A stretch of 64,000 bases of DNA, taken from assembly GCA_964019425.1 (NCBI GenBank), contig OZ025788.1, positions 310,001-374,000 of the forward strand, in the 5' to 3' direction. A program made the position numbers and the translations under genes. Source of the DNA: Flectonema sp. DT1601 (Eukaryota). The notes below the pieces were generated by a model, which worked only from the letters and a program-made list of their open reading frames with translations, was not told the DNA's origin and searched no databases. Shown one piece after another: positions 1-11,868 of the stretch (its first letter is position 1; every line of letters starts with the position of its first letter).

Positions 1-2
1 AA

Positions 3-1394
3 AAAAACGACCTAAGCGAAATAGAAGAAGACTACGATACTTTAGTGACACATCTTATTGCAGAGAGCGTTCGTCAATGCGGCAGAGATCGACCAACTGA
101 TCCAGTGAAATATCTGAAAGATTACTTTTCAAGGATTGACGGATTTCGTGTAAACGCCAAGTGCAGACCTGCTACAGATTTTGAAACAAAAGATGAAGAA
201 CTGTCGTTGGAACCAATATCTAATAATGTTTCATTTTATGCTTTAGAAGACTTAACTTTTTCTGATTTTATTGATGACGATAGATCAATCTCACCCGTTG
301 ATGAAAGGATTCTGAATCTACCGAACTTGGTAAGTTTAAGTCTTAAAAATGTCAACCTTACAATGTCAGAGATAGAAAACATCGTTAAGTACGGACAGCG
401 ACTTACGTGTCTGTCGGTGGACGTAGAGTCTCACGATGTTACGTTCATGCCGACATTTTTAAAAGAAATTGAAAAAATTGGAATGCCAAATCTAGAAACT
501 CTCTGCATGGAATACGAGAATATCAAAGCATCAGAAGTTAAACAGTTAGCTCAGAGTCTTCCTCAACTTCTAAAAATATCTCTAAAAGGAACATGTACTG
601 ATGAGAGTGACGTAAGTATGGCTGAAGCATTAGGATTGTTTAGGGAAGCAACTGGAATATATTTCAGCCACGATACCGAATTTGGTATTAAACCGTGCAG
701 TTGCTACCGTGATTTCGCACAAGACGCTGCCATGCTTGCGACACTACCAAAGTGTGAAGAGTATATTGTACCATGGGAAGTTTTACCGGGACTTCGCTTT
801 GTTGAGGATGCCAGTCGGATTTGTGATTTACGCTGCACAGTTGGACCTTCTTCAGTATCTGATTGCCTTGTAATGCTTGGTAACTTAACAACAATTGAGC
901 TTCATGGGTTTAACCCTTGTAGTGAAGATGAGTTTTGTTTAATATTTGAGAATAATAAACAAATCTTTAATATCGATCTTGGGATTCGTCCACAGGCCAT
1001 GAAATACGTCAACTCAAAGACAATGCGAAGGATCTCAGAATGTAAGAACGACTTTTTGGAAAAAATCGGATTGTTTTCATCAGTGTTGTCAGATGATTCG
1101 TGGTTTCCATTTTCTAGTAGTTCGTTGATAACACTCGCTCTTTCAAAACCGTCATTTAGCAACTTAGTATTATCGCATTCACTTGTTAGTAATTATGTTT
1201 TGTATTTCTTAGCCAGTGCTCTACAGAGTGACATAGTAATTACACACTGTCCGTATGTGTCTGTGGATGTGATTACAATGCTTCGTCGCATACCTCGTTG
1301 TTCAATAATATTTAGGAGCGATGTGGTCGAATCATCTGAAGAATTCATTAATGGAGTCTCCATAGAGCATCAAGACCCTTCTTCAGAACAGTAA
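3..1394 (+). CDS. 5'-partial protein with a Dpy-30/RIIa-like docking motif followed by RNI-like leucine-rich repeats
   Basis: Frame is open from base 3 (KNDLSEIEEDYDTLVTHL...), so the true start lies outside the window. RPTDPVKYLKDYF resembles the Dpy-30/RIIa motif. LPNLVSLSL, MPNLETLCM and LPQLLKISL are LRR-like. Confidence 0.65.
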   Translation, partial: KNDLSEIEEDYDTLVTHLIAESVRQCGRDRPTDPVKYLKDYFSRIDGFRVNAKCRPATDFETKDEELSLEPISNNVSFYALEDLTFSDFIDDDRSISPVDERILNLPNLVSLSLKNVNLTMSEIENIVKYGQRLTCLSVDVESHDVTFMPTFLKEIEKIGMPNLETLCMEYENIKASEVKQLAQSLPQLLKISLKGTCTDESDVSMAEALGLFREATGIYFSHDTEFGIKPCSCYRDFAQDAAMLATLPKCEEYIVPWEVLPGLRFVEDASRICDLRCTVGPSSVSDCLVMLGNLTTIELHGFNPCSEDEFCLIFENNKQIFNIDLGIRPQAMKYVNSKTMRRISECKNDFLEKIGLFSSVLSDDSWFPFSSSSLITLALSKPSFSNLVLSHSLVSNYVLYFLASALQSDIVITHCPYVSVDVITMLRRIPRCSIIFRSDVVESSEEFINGVSIEHQDPSSEQ

Positions 1395-2623
1395 TATGTC
1401 TTGTCCTTGTTATTGGTTGATTGTATTTTTTTTTTTTTTAAAGAATGCAATTTTTTTTAACACATTATTCGGTTCTAATACAAGTTGATGAAGACTCTGG
1501 TATGGATTTGATTATTAAATTATTAGAGAATTCAGACATTCTCACATGTGACCAGCAGGACACAACCTTGAATTTAGGAGGGTTAACCAAAAGTAAAATG
1601 TATTAACGTTTGATATTCAGCAAACTACTTTTAGTCTCACAGTTATGTGCTCGCCTGGTAGTGTGCTGCGAACCAGAAATGTTTCATTTTTATTTTTTTT
1701 TTAAATTTTTATTATTTTTTGCAAAAGAATTGGTTTTTCTTTCTCAAATTTTTCTTTTAACATTTATTTGATTTTGAAGTGTGTAAAGAAATACTGCTTT
1801 TAAGCTGTAACGGTCCACATGGGCATGGGGTGCTCAACCTGTAGAACGTGGTCCCCGAATCCCCATATTCGATACCATATGTAGGATTTTATCGTACAAG
1901 CTGTTGGTCTCTCTTCATTGCGACCTGGTTTGGTCGATCCCTATATTCGTTTTAGCCAGTTTCAAGTTGCTTTATATTTAATCACAGTATCAAAGTTACT
2001 CTCTTTGCTTTTTTTTTATTTTTTTTAAAAACCACCAGTATTATGTTACCTTATACGAAGGATCGATTCTGTTCTTCGATGATGATGTGAATGCCACCGA
2101 TCTTTTTTTTTAAAATCCCCTTCGCGACGATATCTCTTATCCTTTAATGGAGTTCTTTTTTACTCCTCTCTCTGGAATGCCAAAGACTGATATGCACTGC
2201 ATGGCGCTTTACTCCTATCCTTTGCGCAAGCGTGTACACAGTGTGCGCAGTGTTTTTTAGTGTTACTAACGATTTATTCAAAAAAAAAAAAAAAAAAAAA
2301 AAGTATTAGGCATGCAAAACAGAAGAAAAAAACAAAAAATGAGGATCACAAAAGCAACAAGCCGCCTTGTTTCTTACTATCTCTAAATGAGCGATTTTGT
2401 TTTACAGCCCCTCCTCTTTTTTTTTTTTTTTTTTTTTGCCATTCTTAGCCTTTTTTAACATGTTATCTATCCAACATTGTAGACACAGGTAAAGAAAAAA
2501 AAAAAAAAAAAAAAAAAAAAAGGAAAGTTTTTTTTTGTTTGACGAGGAACGAAACCAAACAAAAGATGACCTCGTTATTATTATTAATTACCCCACCACA
2601 TAGGAGACCACCACACAAGAGAT

Positions 2624-4129
2624 ATGTCTTTCAGATTACCAAATATGCCTCTGCTGGAGGGGTATGTTCCTTTAATGCCGGAGTCTAGAGAAGAAGTTCG
2701 ATTCCCTGCCGATGAAGCGTTTTGGGAAGATTTTAAAATATTAACGTCGAGGAGTAAGGAAGCGAGGGATCCACCTAGGTTCTTACTGAGGGCGGATCAT
2801 AAACCAGATGAAATGATTGAAGCCAACAGATATTGGGTAGCAGGGTACTTAAACAGATGGCAACAAGAACATCCACATCAAGTGGCGATAAGAACTGAAA
2901 ATGAGAATGAAACTTTTTGCGCATCCGATGAGTTTTGGAGAAGAATTGAAAAGTCTTTAAGATCTGGAACTGATGGAGAAGTTGTAGTCAGTCGTAATGA
3001 AGGAGAGAACTTTACTACTACTAAAGCAGAATGGGAAGGATTTATTAGGACTTGGGAACAAGAACAAAACGCTACACCTCAACAACGACAAGCAGAATCA
3101 GCAGATGCTACTCGACTACTACAACAAGTGCAATCAAATCCAGCTAAAGACGGCTACACTAACATGCCAATCCCTCACATGACTCTCGAACCTAGCGCCT
3201 TAGAGGCGTCGGATTTAGACGCACCTGCACCAATGGTATCCCCCGATGTTAATTTTAATAAATGCTTTAGAAGGTTTGTTGCCTGGATACCAGCCTCACA
3301 AGATCCCCCTCTTGTAGATGTTAAATTAGAAGGTGGTGTTATTACTGTTTCTCAGAGATTCTTTAATAGATTTATGGGAGCTTGGCAAAGACAATTCCCT
3401 TTATCAATCACAGTAGCAACACGTGAGAATTCAAATATTGAAGTTGACGTTTTCAGAGCTCATGAAGCACTCTGGCACGAAATAGTTATGAGATCTGTGG
3501 AAGCCAGTGAACAAGATCAACAACAGATACCTCCTGACGTATACCTCGCTTCTATTGTAGATAAAGATGTACCTCCGAGAGTATTATCAAAACAAGCATA
3601 CATGACTGTTGTTAAGATGTGGCCAGATCATCATCCTCATCACAAACCTTTGGTACCTTTGGAAGAAAGAAAGAAGAAGTCACCAGTTGCCCCTTGTGTT
3701 CGTCTTCCTAAGCCTAATGATCACAATAGACGTAAACGAGAACCGGGAGCACCAAGAAAGTCAGACAAGAAACATATGCCTGTTGTTACTTTATGTTTAC
3801 ATAGAGATGTCTTTGATGGCTTTAATCAAGTAACTGAATCAGATGTGATCACAACAGTGAGAGAGAATCCTCCAACTCCGTACTTGTCGTCAGTACATTC
3901 AAATAGTAGATATGCTACACCATCATTAAAGTCTGACAAGTCTGTTGGGAGATACTCATCGAGGGTTCCAACTGTTAATTCATTAAAATCTTTTATTGTT
4001 CCTCAACTCGAGCCGTCAACTCCCTCAGTGCGTAGTGTCACTACTCCATTTCGATCGGGTGCGACAACTGTCCCCTCGGCACCATCCACACCTCCGAGAA
4101 GACCTCCTTCTTCAACATGTTCTATTTAA
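2624..4129 (+). CDS. Hypothetical protein (501 aa) with internally repeated FxAxxxFW-like motif and S/T/P-rich tail
   Basis: Long ATG-initiated ORF; no family recognised. Confidence 0.75.
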   Translation: MSFRLPNMPLLEGYVPLMPESREEVRFPADEAFWEDFKILTSRSKEARDPPRFLLRADHKPDEMIEANRYWVAGYLNRWQQEHPHQVAIRTENENETFCASDEFWRRIEKSLRSGTDGEVVVSRNEGENFTTTKAEWEGFIRTWEQEQNATPQQRQAESADATRLLQQVQSNPAKDGYTNMPIPHMTLEPSALEASDLDAPAPMVSPDVNFNKCFRRFVAWIPASQDPPLVDVKLEGGVITVSQRFFNRFMGAWQRQFPLSITVATRENSNIEVDVFRAHEALWHEIVMRSVEASEQDQQQIPPDVYLASIVDKDVPPRVLSKQAYMTVVKMWPDHHPHHKPLVPLEERKKKSPVAPCVRLPKPNDHNRRKREPGAPRKSDKKHMPVVTLCLHRDVFDGFNQVTESDVITTVRENPPTPYLSSVHSNSRYATPSLKSDKSVGRYSSRVPTVNSLKSFIVPQLEPSTPSVRSVTTPFRSGATTVPSAPSTPPRRPPSSTCSI

Positions 4130-4420
4130 TTAAAATTTTCTGTGATCAACTTGTTGATCTTCAGTTTTAATTGCATTGCAGCATTTCAATTCGTGTTTTG
4201 TACTTTTTCCTGTATTACTCCTAATTATTAATTAAACTTATTGTACATCGTGTTATTAATATTTACATCACTCCCCCTCCACTTCAGCAATGCATCATAA
4301 GTAACGTAAGTTAGACTGTGAATCCTTACTCTGAATGATGTTACTTAAACAGGTTGAATTCTATGAATAGGTACTTGTTCCTGAAGTAGAATAATTACAC
4401 AACATATGTGATCGATAATT

Positions 4421-5173
4421 ATGTATCGTCCGGTTGATGAGCGTCATCCTGCGAGTAGTAGTTTTGACTATTCAAACAATAAATTAAAAAATATCAAAAA
4501 ACGAGTTGACACCAGGAGAACAGATAATTCATTAAAAAGAGTTCGGAGAGGAATTGCTTTAGGAAAACATACTTTAAGGGAGTTCAAACTGAAATGTATT
4601 CATGGTGAGAATGAGAAGCTGGTAGCCAGACTCATTGACATTTTCGAACAAGAGTCTCGGTATAAAATATATTCCCCTCCTTACATCCCAACAAACAAAG
4701 AAAATAGACAACTCCAAAAGGTTAAACTTGATCAACAGAATAACTATTTAAGACACCGATTAGATAATGTACGACCAACATTCTCAATGGAGAAGAATCT
4801 TCATGAATCAGATGTGGTTACTGCACGTGCTAGAAAGTTAAATCGAATTCAGCAGGTTGATATTTCTCCTCTTCCATCGCCAAGATCTCTTCGAAAACTT
4901 GAAGATAATTGGAGAGACACACGTCCTCAAGACATCAGATCAAAGAATCGATCTCGAGATACGTCCGTGATGAGAGGAAGGATATTAAGAACAATCTCTG
5001 ACTTGACGACTGCAAAAGCTGAAATCACACAGCGCGCTGTCTCTCAAGTACATAGTCCACGGCCGCCTTCTAGTGTGTTTTTTCCCCTCTTTTTTCCCCT
5101 CTTTTTCCCCTCTTTTTTCCCCTCTTTTTTCCCCTCTTTTTCCCCCCCTATTTACCAGAGACCTTCTCCATAA
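4421..5173 (+). CDS. CFAP97/Hemingway (KIAA1430)-domain-like protein; probably has a 3' intron, so the C-terminus is uncertain
   Basis: IHGENEKLVARLIDI and KLDQQNNYLRHRLDNVRPTFS resemble the two conserved blocks of this domain. The FFPLFFPS tail is a translated pyrimidine repeat lying between GTGTGT (5073) and TACCAG (5158). Confidence 0.55.
   Translation: MYRPVDERHPASSSFDYSNNKLKNIKKRVDTRRTDNSLKRVRRGIALGKHTLREFKLKCIHGENEKLVARLIDIFEQESRYKIYSPPYIPTNKENRQLQKVKLDQQNNYLRHRLDNVRPTFSMEKNLHESDVVTARARKLNRIQQVDISPLPSPRSLRKLEDNWRDTRPQDIRSKNRSRDTSVMRGRILRTISDLTTAKAEITQRAVSQVHSPRPPSSVFFPLFFPLFFPSFFPSFFPSFSPPIYQRPSP
5073..5158 (+). other. Probable GT-AG intron filled with a TTTTT(T)CCCCTC tandem repeat
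   Basis: GTGTGT donor as in two other introns of the window and a CAG acceptor. Splicing 5073-5158 gives ...PPS-KTFSITYPRKPTEDI*, but neighbouring GT/AG choices are also possible. Confidence 0.55.
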
Positions 5174-5470
5174 CATATCCAAGAAAACCAACCGAAGATA
5201 TATAAACACGAATCTTATGATGTGACTCTACTAGTGAGAGTTACTCAGACTCCTCTCAGTTTAACAAAACAGAATATTGGCTGACGTTGTCCGAATCAGA
5301 CCCGCTAATTGCTGATGAAAGAAATTGTATCAAATAACAGTTTTCTGATTACACTCGACCTGTTGTATTCCTTTACAGGGATTGTCTTATTGTATTAGTT
5401 TGTTGTTTGTATTGATTTTTATTAAAATAGTTCAATCGCAGGAACAAAAAAAAATATTTAAAAAAAAAAT

Positions 5471-5908
5471 ATGAATAAACAAATTCTGTTATTATGCGCT
5501 GCTGCTGCAGGAGCTTATGGATATTGGATACCTTCGTTAGTGTTGTTGATTTTGGCTTTTGCAGGGGGATCTGATGCTGTTATCGATCATAAGAAAGTTA
5601 TAAAACTCGAAGAAGAAACCGACTTCTCAAAACACGCGGAGGGTAAAGGTCTAACAATTGTTGATTTTTTCACAACATGGTGTCCTCCATGTAAATCACT
5701 CGCACCAAAACTTGCTGATATGTCTGAAGAATTTCCAAATGTCACATTTGTTGCCGTCGATGCCGAAAAGTTCAGATCCATCGCAGCAAAATTCAACGTA
5801 AAATGTTATCCTACTTTAGTCTTCCTGGTCGATGGTAAAAAAGTTGGAGTAGTTGAGGGAGCTGATACTGGAAAAATTAGAGATTTTATCCAAACTTATG
5901 AAAACTGA
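5471..5908 (+). CDS. Thioredoxin-domain protein with hydrophobic N-terminal signal/anchor
   Basis: IVDFFTTWCPPCK active site, cis-Pro loop KCYPTL, and C-terminal VEGAD. Confidence 0.92.
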   Translation: MNKQILLLCAAAAGAYGYWIPSLVLLILAFAGGSDAVIDHKKVIKLEEETDFSKHAEGKGLTIVDFFTTWCPPCKSLAPKLADMSEEFPNVTFVAVDAEKFRSIAAKFNVKCYPTLVFLVDGKKVGVVEGADTGKIRDFIQTYEN

Positions 5909-6209
5909 ATTTTCTTTTTAAAAAACCCGCAAGACATGACATGTTGACGAGTAGACAAAAACAGCGTTCCCTTGCCTGTGATTCGCTTTTGTATTCTAAC
6001 CAAAAAAAAAAAAAAAAAGGAAATTAATTATCTACATTGAGTGAGGAATGTGTACACGTTGTGTGTTGTTTGTTTTTACTGCTATGACTATTAAATTAAA
6101 AAAAAATAAACGGAAAAATAAAAAAGAATACTAAAAAACATTACAGCTAACCAACTGATTAAGGCTTCTTAAATATGAATTCTTTTTTATAGAATTACAC
6201 AACACACAC

Positions 6210-7586
6210 ATGACAGCTACTTATGACTTGTCAACATTTTTGACTCAGTTGGAACGCCTCACTTCAGAGGCACAGATGTCAGTGTTAGAGAGAGCGTTAC
6301 TCTGTAGTGAAGTTGAGGAAACTGAAAAATATAAATTATATAAAATATTAATCAGGCTGTACGCCTCTGAATTGTACGATGATTCCTGTAAGGATTCTGT
6401 TATAGTTGAAGAGGCTATTGAGTCGTTGATTGGAGAGAGTGAAACTTCAGTTGACTTCGTTGTCATATCGCAGATGATTGAAGAAAAGGTTGGATCAATT
6501 CCTGACAGAGGTAGGAAATGGTTATTGAGAGCATCACTGCTGAGCAATAGACTTTTTCAACGACAAAAAAGTGATTTAATTAATATATATGCGAGTCATT
6601 GCGGAGGGAAGGGTGATTGGATTTCAGAATTAGCAAAAGTGACGTCTGACATTCACACTCAGTCTCCTGATACTGTTGAGCGCCTTCTTAGTGGTTTAAA
6701 TTTAACTGATGAGTGTCAACAGAGTTTTGTTTCTGAGTTGTTCACTTCATCATCAGATAGGAATCTTAAAAGAATATTATCGAAAGTATTTCCCAACAAA
6801 ATTAAACCATTATTACCCACCTTACAATACGACGACATTCAACTTCTAGTTTCCTATATGTATTTTGGATCCCAGTATAAGGCAATAAGTCTTGAACGAT
6901 TCTTGTGTAATAATTTCTTTTCAAATTATGAATTAGAGTCTTCAGAACTAGAATTAGTTCTCAAAGAAGTTTTGACAGACTTGTTTAGTATGTGTGATCC
7001 ACCTACAGATGGTATTTTATTAAAAAGACTATCTACTGATGAGAAGGTGTGTGATGTTATTCGGCTGCGGATATTATTCACATCATCAATAGAGGCACAA
7101 CACTGCGTTAGTATGATTGACAGTTATCATATTCCACTTCTTCATAAGTTAAAAACTCTAGTTTACGCCATGGAGAAGTGGGATGATTGCGACTTTAAAA
7201 CTATTATATCTCACGTTTGTAAGACTGATAGAGAATTAGAGTTGTCTCTATCGTTGCAGTTTTCTGGACGCCAAATTCGTCGAGCTTTTTTTTTCAACGT
7301 TGCTGCTCTCCCTTCACGATATATTCTCGCCAGTCATGATTGTAATTTTTTTAGAAAAATTGCTCTTTTGTTTTTGTTTTGTATTACTGATTGCCTTCCA
7401 CGTGATGTTGCTTGTATTGTCTTGGAATACTTATTAACATTGGAACGACCTAAGATAGATGTGTCACTTGAATTAGGACAAACAGTATTATTTTCTTTGT
7501 CAAAGCGAAAGAAACAAATTTCGGACATAAACAACCATCACAAGTCTAGTGATACTACTTTATTCACCCATGGAAGTTGGGAGTAG
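6210..7586 (+). CDS. Hypothetical protein (458 aa)
   Basis: Long ORF; C-terminal LPRDVACIVLEYL is weakly F-box/SOCS-box-like. Confidence 0.7.
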   Translation: MTATYDLSTFLTQLERLTSEAQMSVLERALLCSEVEETEKYKLYKILIRLYASELYDDSCKDSVIVEEAIESLIGESETSVDFVVISQMIEEKVGSIPDRGRKWLLRASLLSNRLFQRQKSDLINIYASHCGGKGDWISELAKVTSDIHTQSPDTVERLLSGLNLTDECQQSFVSELFTSSSDRNLKRILSKVFPNKIKPLLPTLQYDDIQLLVSYMYFGSQYKAISLERFLCNNFFSNYELESSELELVLKEVLTDLFSMCDPPTDGILLKRLSTDEKVCDVIRLRILFTSSIEAQHCVSMIDSYHIPLLHKLKTLVYAMEKWDDCDFKTIISHVCKTDRELELSLSLQFSGRQIRRAFFFNVAALPSRYILASHDCNFFRKIALLFLFCITDCLPRDVACIVLEYLLTLERPKIDVSLELGQTVLFSLSKRKKQISDINNHHKSSDTTLFTHGSWE

Positions 7587-8366
7587 TAGATGCTGTTTTT
7601 AATTTTAATTTTAATTTTAATTTTTTTTTTTTTTTTTTAAAATTACCTATTACATTAACGAGGGCTTAGGAAAAGTTCTCTCTCAGCTCTGACAAGCATA
7701 TTCCTGATTTCAGGTGCAATTCGTAATTTCTTCTTTTTTAAAAATAAAAATAAATTTTTCATCCTCCCAACTGGTGGAGGAGGAGGTTGCAGAACCAAAT
7801 ACCTCTCATCTCATAAAACAACTCATCGATGATATAATTATAGTTCTGTTATACGAGTGTATCTTGTTCGTTGTTATTCTGTGGAACAACGTGGGCAGCT
7901 GGGGAATTGATTCTTACAGCCGAAGTTATGAAAACCTTATCTCCGTGATTGAGTCTGGTAACTGATCTTCTTACAATGAAATGAAATATTCGAGAAACTA
8001 AAACTATTATTTGTTATGTAGGAGGGCTGTGAGTGTGGTCTGGTAAATTCTTTTATTTTATTTTGTTATAATTTTATCCTGAAAACTAAAAAAAACCCAA
8101 ATTACTTGATTGATGTCCTACCTTACAATTTGTTTTGATTATTTACGTTGTGATACCTTCCTCCACTATTGTAGGTAAATACTAACTTATTCGTTTGTAG
8201 TGTTCAACCTTTTTTTTCTTAGGTTTATTAAGACTTGCTGTGATTGCTTCACTTATCTAACTATTTTCATGTCTGTAATTAGCCTCTAATAGTAAAGCTT
8301 TGTTATGTTAATTTTGTTGTATTCATTTAGTTTTATATATTTTCACACAGGAGGGCTATCGACGTG

Positions 8367-10084
8367 ATGGTATTTCGCTTCCCAGCGACATCCGATAAGA
8401 CGCCCTCTGCAGGAGAGGATGGCGATGATACGAATGTAATTAAGGTCGGATTACCAGAAGATTTTAAAGAATATAAATTCCCAATGACACCACCAAGAGA
8501 CAAGAATGAGCCAGACACTCCAAGGATGATGACACCTCGCAGGGCGGTAACACCAGACAATAAACCAACAAGGACTCCCAGAGGTACTCCTGACCCCAAA
8601 CCTTTACCAAAAACTGGCAACAGACAACGAAGTACTACGAAAGTGGGTGGAGGACCACCTGTTATGTCACCTGCTTGGGCGAAAGTCAAGGGACGAGTTC
8701 GTAGTCAAACTCGTGCTGGAAACTCTTCAGCTCCGCCATCAAAATTTCGTCCACCAAAACTCCACGACAAGCTTCTCGACAGTGGGAAGTTTAGTGATAA
8801 AATGCCATCAATAACCTCTCCATTAAAACATTCTAAGACATCTCCTCACAAGGGTCATTTGGGAATTCCAGGCGGTCGAAAACGAAGCTCCCCCGAAGCT
8901 ATTCAGCGAAGGGGATCCTTCTTTGATACTTACATAGAGAAAGTAGCCTCGAGAGAGAGTAAAACAGAACTAAGTATTGAAAAAACAGCTCACGTTAGTG
9001 TCATGAGTACCATTGGTGAGCTCACTGGACAACTTGTCCAACTGAGAAAGAAAGAGGAACAAACGAAAAAAGAAAGAGACATCGCAGTCGGAAGTCTTTC
9101 AAAGGTTTCAGCTCGCCTTGAAGGATTAGAAGCAACAAGCCTAGACAAAGATATTAATAATCTCGTGTCTCAAGAGAAGGGAATTAGAGATGTTATAAGT
9201 TGGTCAGCGAGTTTATTTTTACTCAGCCTCTCTGGAGTCACAGATCCAGTTCTTGTTGAAGCTAACTCACACAGATTAGATATTCTGCTGGAAAGTGAAG
9301 AAATCGAACGGAAAAAAATTGACGCCACAGAAAAAGTAGACTGGCAGGTGATCATGTCAAAGAACCTCAATAGAAAGCACACAGCTATTGTATTACAACT
9401 TCATCGAACTCATGGAGAGCTCACGGATACTCGCAGGGAATTAGCGAAAGCTGAAACCGAAATGGTGACACAAGAAAGGATGATTAGAGAGCTTCAAAAA
9501 GACGCAGCAGACAATAAAATAATAAAATCACCAATCATAAGCCCGAGATCAACATGGGCAGAAGGCTCACGACTTGAAAGCACAACTTTAAGTCCACCCT
9601 CTGCTGAACCTCCTTCAAGTGAAGTCACGGCTTCGGTTTCTGTTCTCAGTCCAGAGTTACGAGCTGATGAGTGGGATGCTCGTACCCGCGGTCAGGTATG
9701 TCTTTCATAGTTTCTTGTCTCATAGTTAAATAAAGTGATCAGAAGACCTCATCTACTGGGTTTCTGAATTCTTATTTTGTTGAGGTGTCGATTTAATTAG
9801 TTTGGAGTCCAACAAAACTAAAAAAACAGCAACAAGCGAGAGAATTGGTTCAGTTAGATGTTGTAAGGAGGAGTAAAAGTTACACCCATTCACCTCCTAC
9901 AGCAATTGGAAGTCCTGTTGTTGGGATTACCTCAGGAGATGGATCGCCTCGGAGTCCGCTGAGCAATAAGTTCACCCGAACGAGGACTTCTACTTCAACG
10001 CATTCATCAGTGAGATTATCACCGAATTCTCCAAAACGACTCACAAGTAGTATTAAAACAAAAACTTACAGTAGATTCCTTTAG
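8367..10084 (+). CDS. Two-exon hypothetical protein (527 aa): S/T-P-rich disordered ends and coiled-coil middle; join(8367..9695,9830..10084)
   Basis: A phase-0 intron, CAG|GTATGT (9696) to AAAAAACAG (9829), joins the 448-aa and 79-aa track ORFs in frame. Confidence 0.75.
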
Positions 10085-10746
10085 TGAATAATATTAATAT
10101 CGAATAGATTACTTGATAACCTCGCGAGGTAGTCAATTCTACTTAGCGTCACAGTAGTCTGTTTTTCAAAGGCAGATTACTTCTATCCCACATTCGTCCT
10201 TTTGCAGTCCCTCGCTAGTGCGATATGGGGTGACAGCAAGGGGAGGAGTATACCATCCGACAATAAATATTTCTTTTTTGTCCATGCGAAAAAAAAAAAA
10301 AAAGAAAAAAAACCGTTTAGAGTCCAACAAGAATAGGAAACAATTATGTGCATCTTCCGTTTTGTTAGAAAGGAGTTATTCATTTATCTTTAGTTTTTTT
10401 TTATAGGGCTTAGTCACCCTCTCTGTTAATAAAAGTATCCGCCCTCCGATCTATTTCTTTTTTTCTTTTTCTTTTTTTCTTTCTTTCTTTCTTAGTCACA
10501 ATAATCCCCAAGTTAGCAATCTTAGTACGTTTATTGAGATGCGTACATTGTGTCAGTGTTGCGATCAGATTCGTTTTTTTTGTGAATCATTTTTACTAGT
10601 AGCCGTGTCTAACACTGCTCGTGCGGGCGGTGGTAGGTAGTCATTTGTTTCAGGTTATTTTACGTCTCTTATCGTCTGTGAGAGTCATGGTTGGCTGGTA
10701 GCAATATAACTGTTACCCTTCCTGATTATTGGCTTCCTAGGCTTCG

Positions 10747-10774
10747 TAAATAAATAAATAAATAAATAAATAAA
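10747..10774. repeat. (TAAA)7 microsatellite
   Basis: Read directly. Confidence 0.9.
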
Positions 10775-11249
10775 TTCTAGAGTAGTAATTTTATTACGTT
10801 ATTTGGTGGAAACGACCAAGCGTTCGTTGCGACCTTGCTTGTGATCCTTTTTTTTTTTTTTTGATTGAAATTAATATAAAGTATGCAGAAGGCAGAATGT
10901 TGGGGAACAAAAAAAAAAAAAAAAAAAGTGCGTGCCTGCATTGCTTTCTTTCCTGCGAGCTTCTTCTTTTTTCCTTTTCCTTTTCCTTTTTTTTTTTTGA
11001 GAATTTTGCTATTCGGGTCTACTAATTTTTCCCCCACTGTTCAATAATTCGCTTTTCGCTATTCAAAGGAAGCTATATTTTTTGCTGTTCGAGATATTGC
11101 CTTCGCTGCGTTTCATTTCGTTGTGTTGCGTCAAGAGCAATGTGACTTAGCTCTCGCATCACATGCACTGTAGCATGTCTTCATTTACTCGTTTTAGAGC
11201 GCCTAACGTAAACCCTTTGTCCACCAGTCTTTGTTGAGTCTTCTTCAAC

Positions 11250-11868
11250 ATGCATGCGTCCTTTCTGTCTGCTGTTATCAGAAAGGGTAACTGTCTGGGA
11301 TACGATTCCCCAGATGACTTCAGCTGTTTAAGTAGTCGCTCTCTGGAAGAGAAATCTTTCCAAATATTTTCAAACAATACCTTCGTAGATCTCGTCTGTT
11401 ATGCTGATGGAGTTCACAGTGTACTTCTATGATTCTGTGCACAGCACTTCGATCTCTTCTCGAACATGGGTGAGCACTTCGTTGTCGTCATCAACGACAC
11501 TCACCTCACTGCACCTGTCATAGAACCATCTTGTGGGCTGGGTTACCAATCAGTTGAGTGACCCTATCGGATTCTTGAATTAGTTTGTCTGTGAAGCTGT
11601 ACTTCTCCTTTAGTGCTAATCATTCCGACGATGTCAAACTCTTGTCTTTAAATAGAAGCCTTTGAGAAGACTTTTAGATGTGCAGAACACATCTAAAAGT
11701 GGATATGCTGAACAGTTTCCTGACTGGGCCGACTGCAAACCCTTTTACTGGTCAGAACTCAGTAAGGAATTCTTCCGAGCGTATTCTTCGAGTAAAGAAC
11801 CGCTCCGGTTAGGTCCTTATTCTCGACAATACCAAATGCAATGGTTCATAGATAGAAGAACGGTTTGA
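11250..11868 (+). pseudogene. Possible decayed coding sequence
   Basis: Coding-like composition without homopolymer runs. Only short ORF pieces separated by stops and a frame change; no family recognised. Confidence 0.25.

Noticed and set aside
11250..11630. Possible TGA read-through or recoding (three in-frame TGA codons)
   Set aside because: TGA ends bona fide genes here (e.g. thioredoxin), conserved genes have no internal stops, and this frame ends at TAA without a recognisable product.
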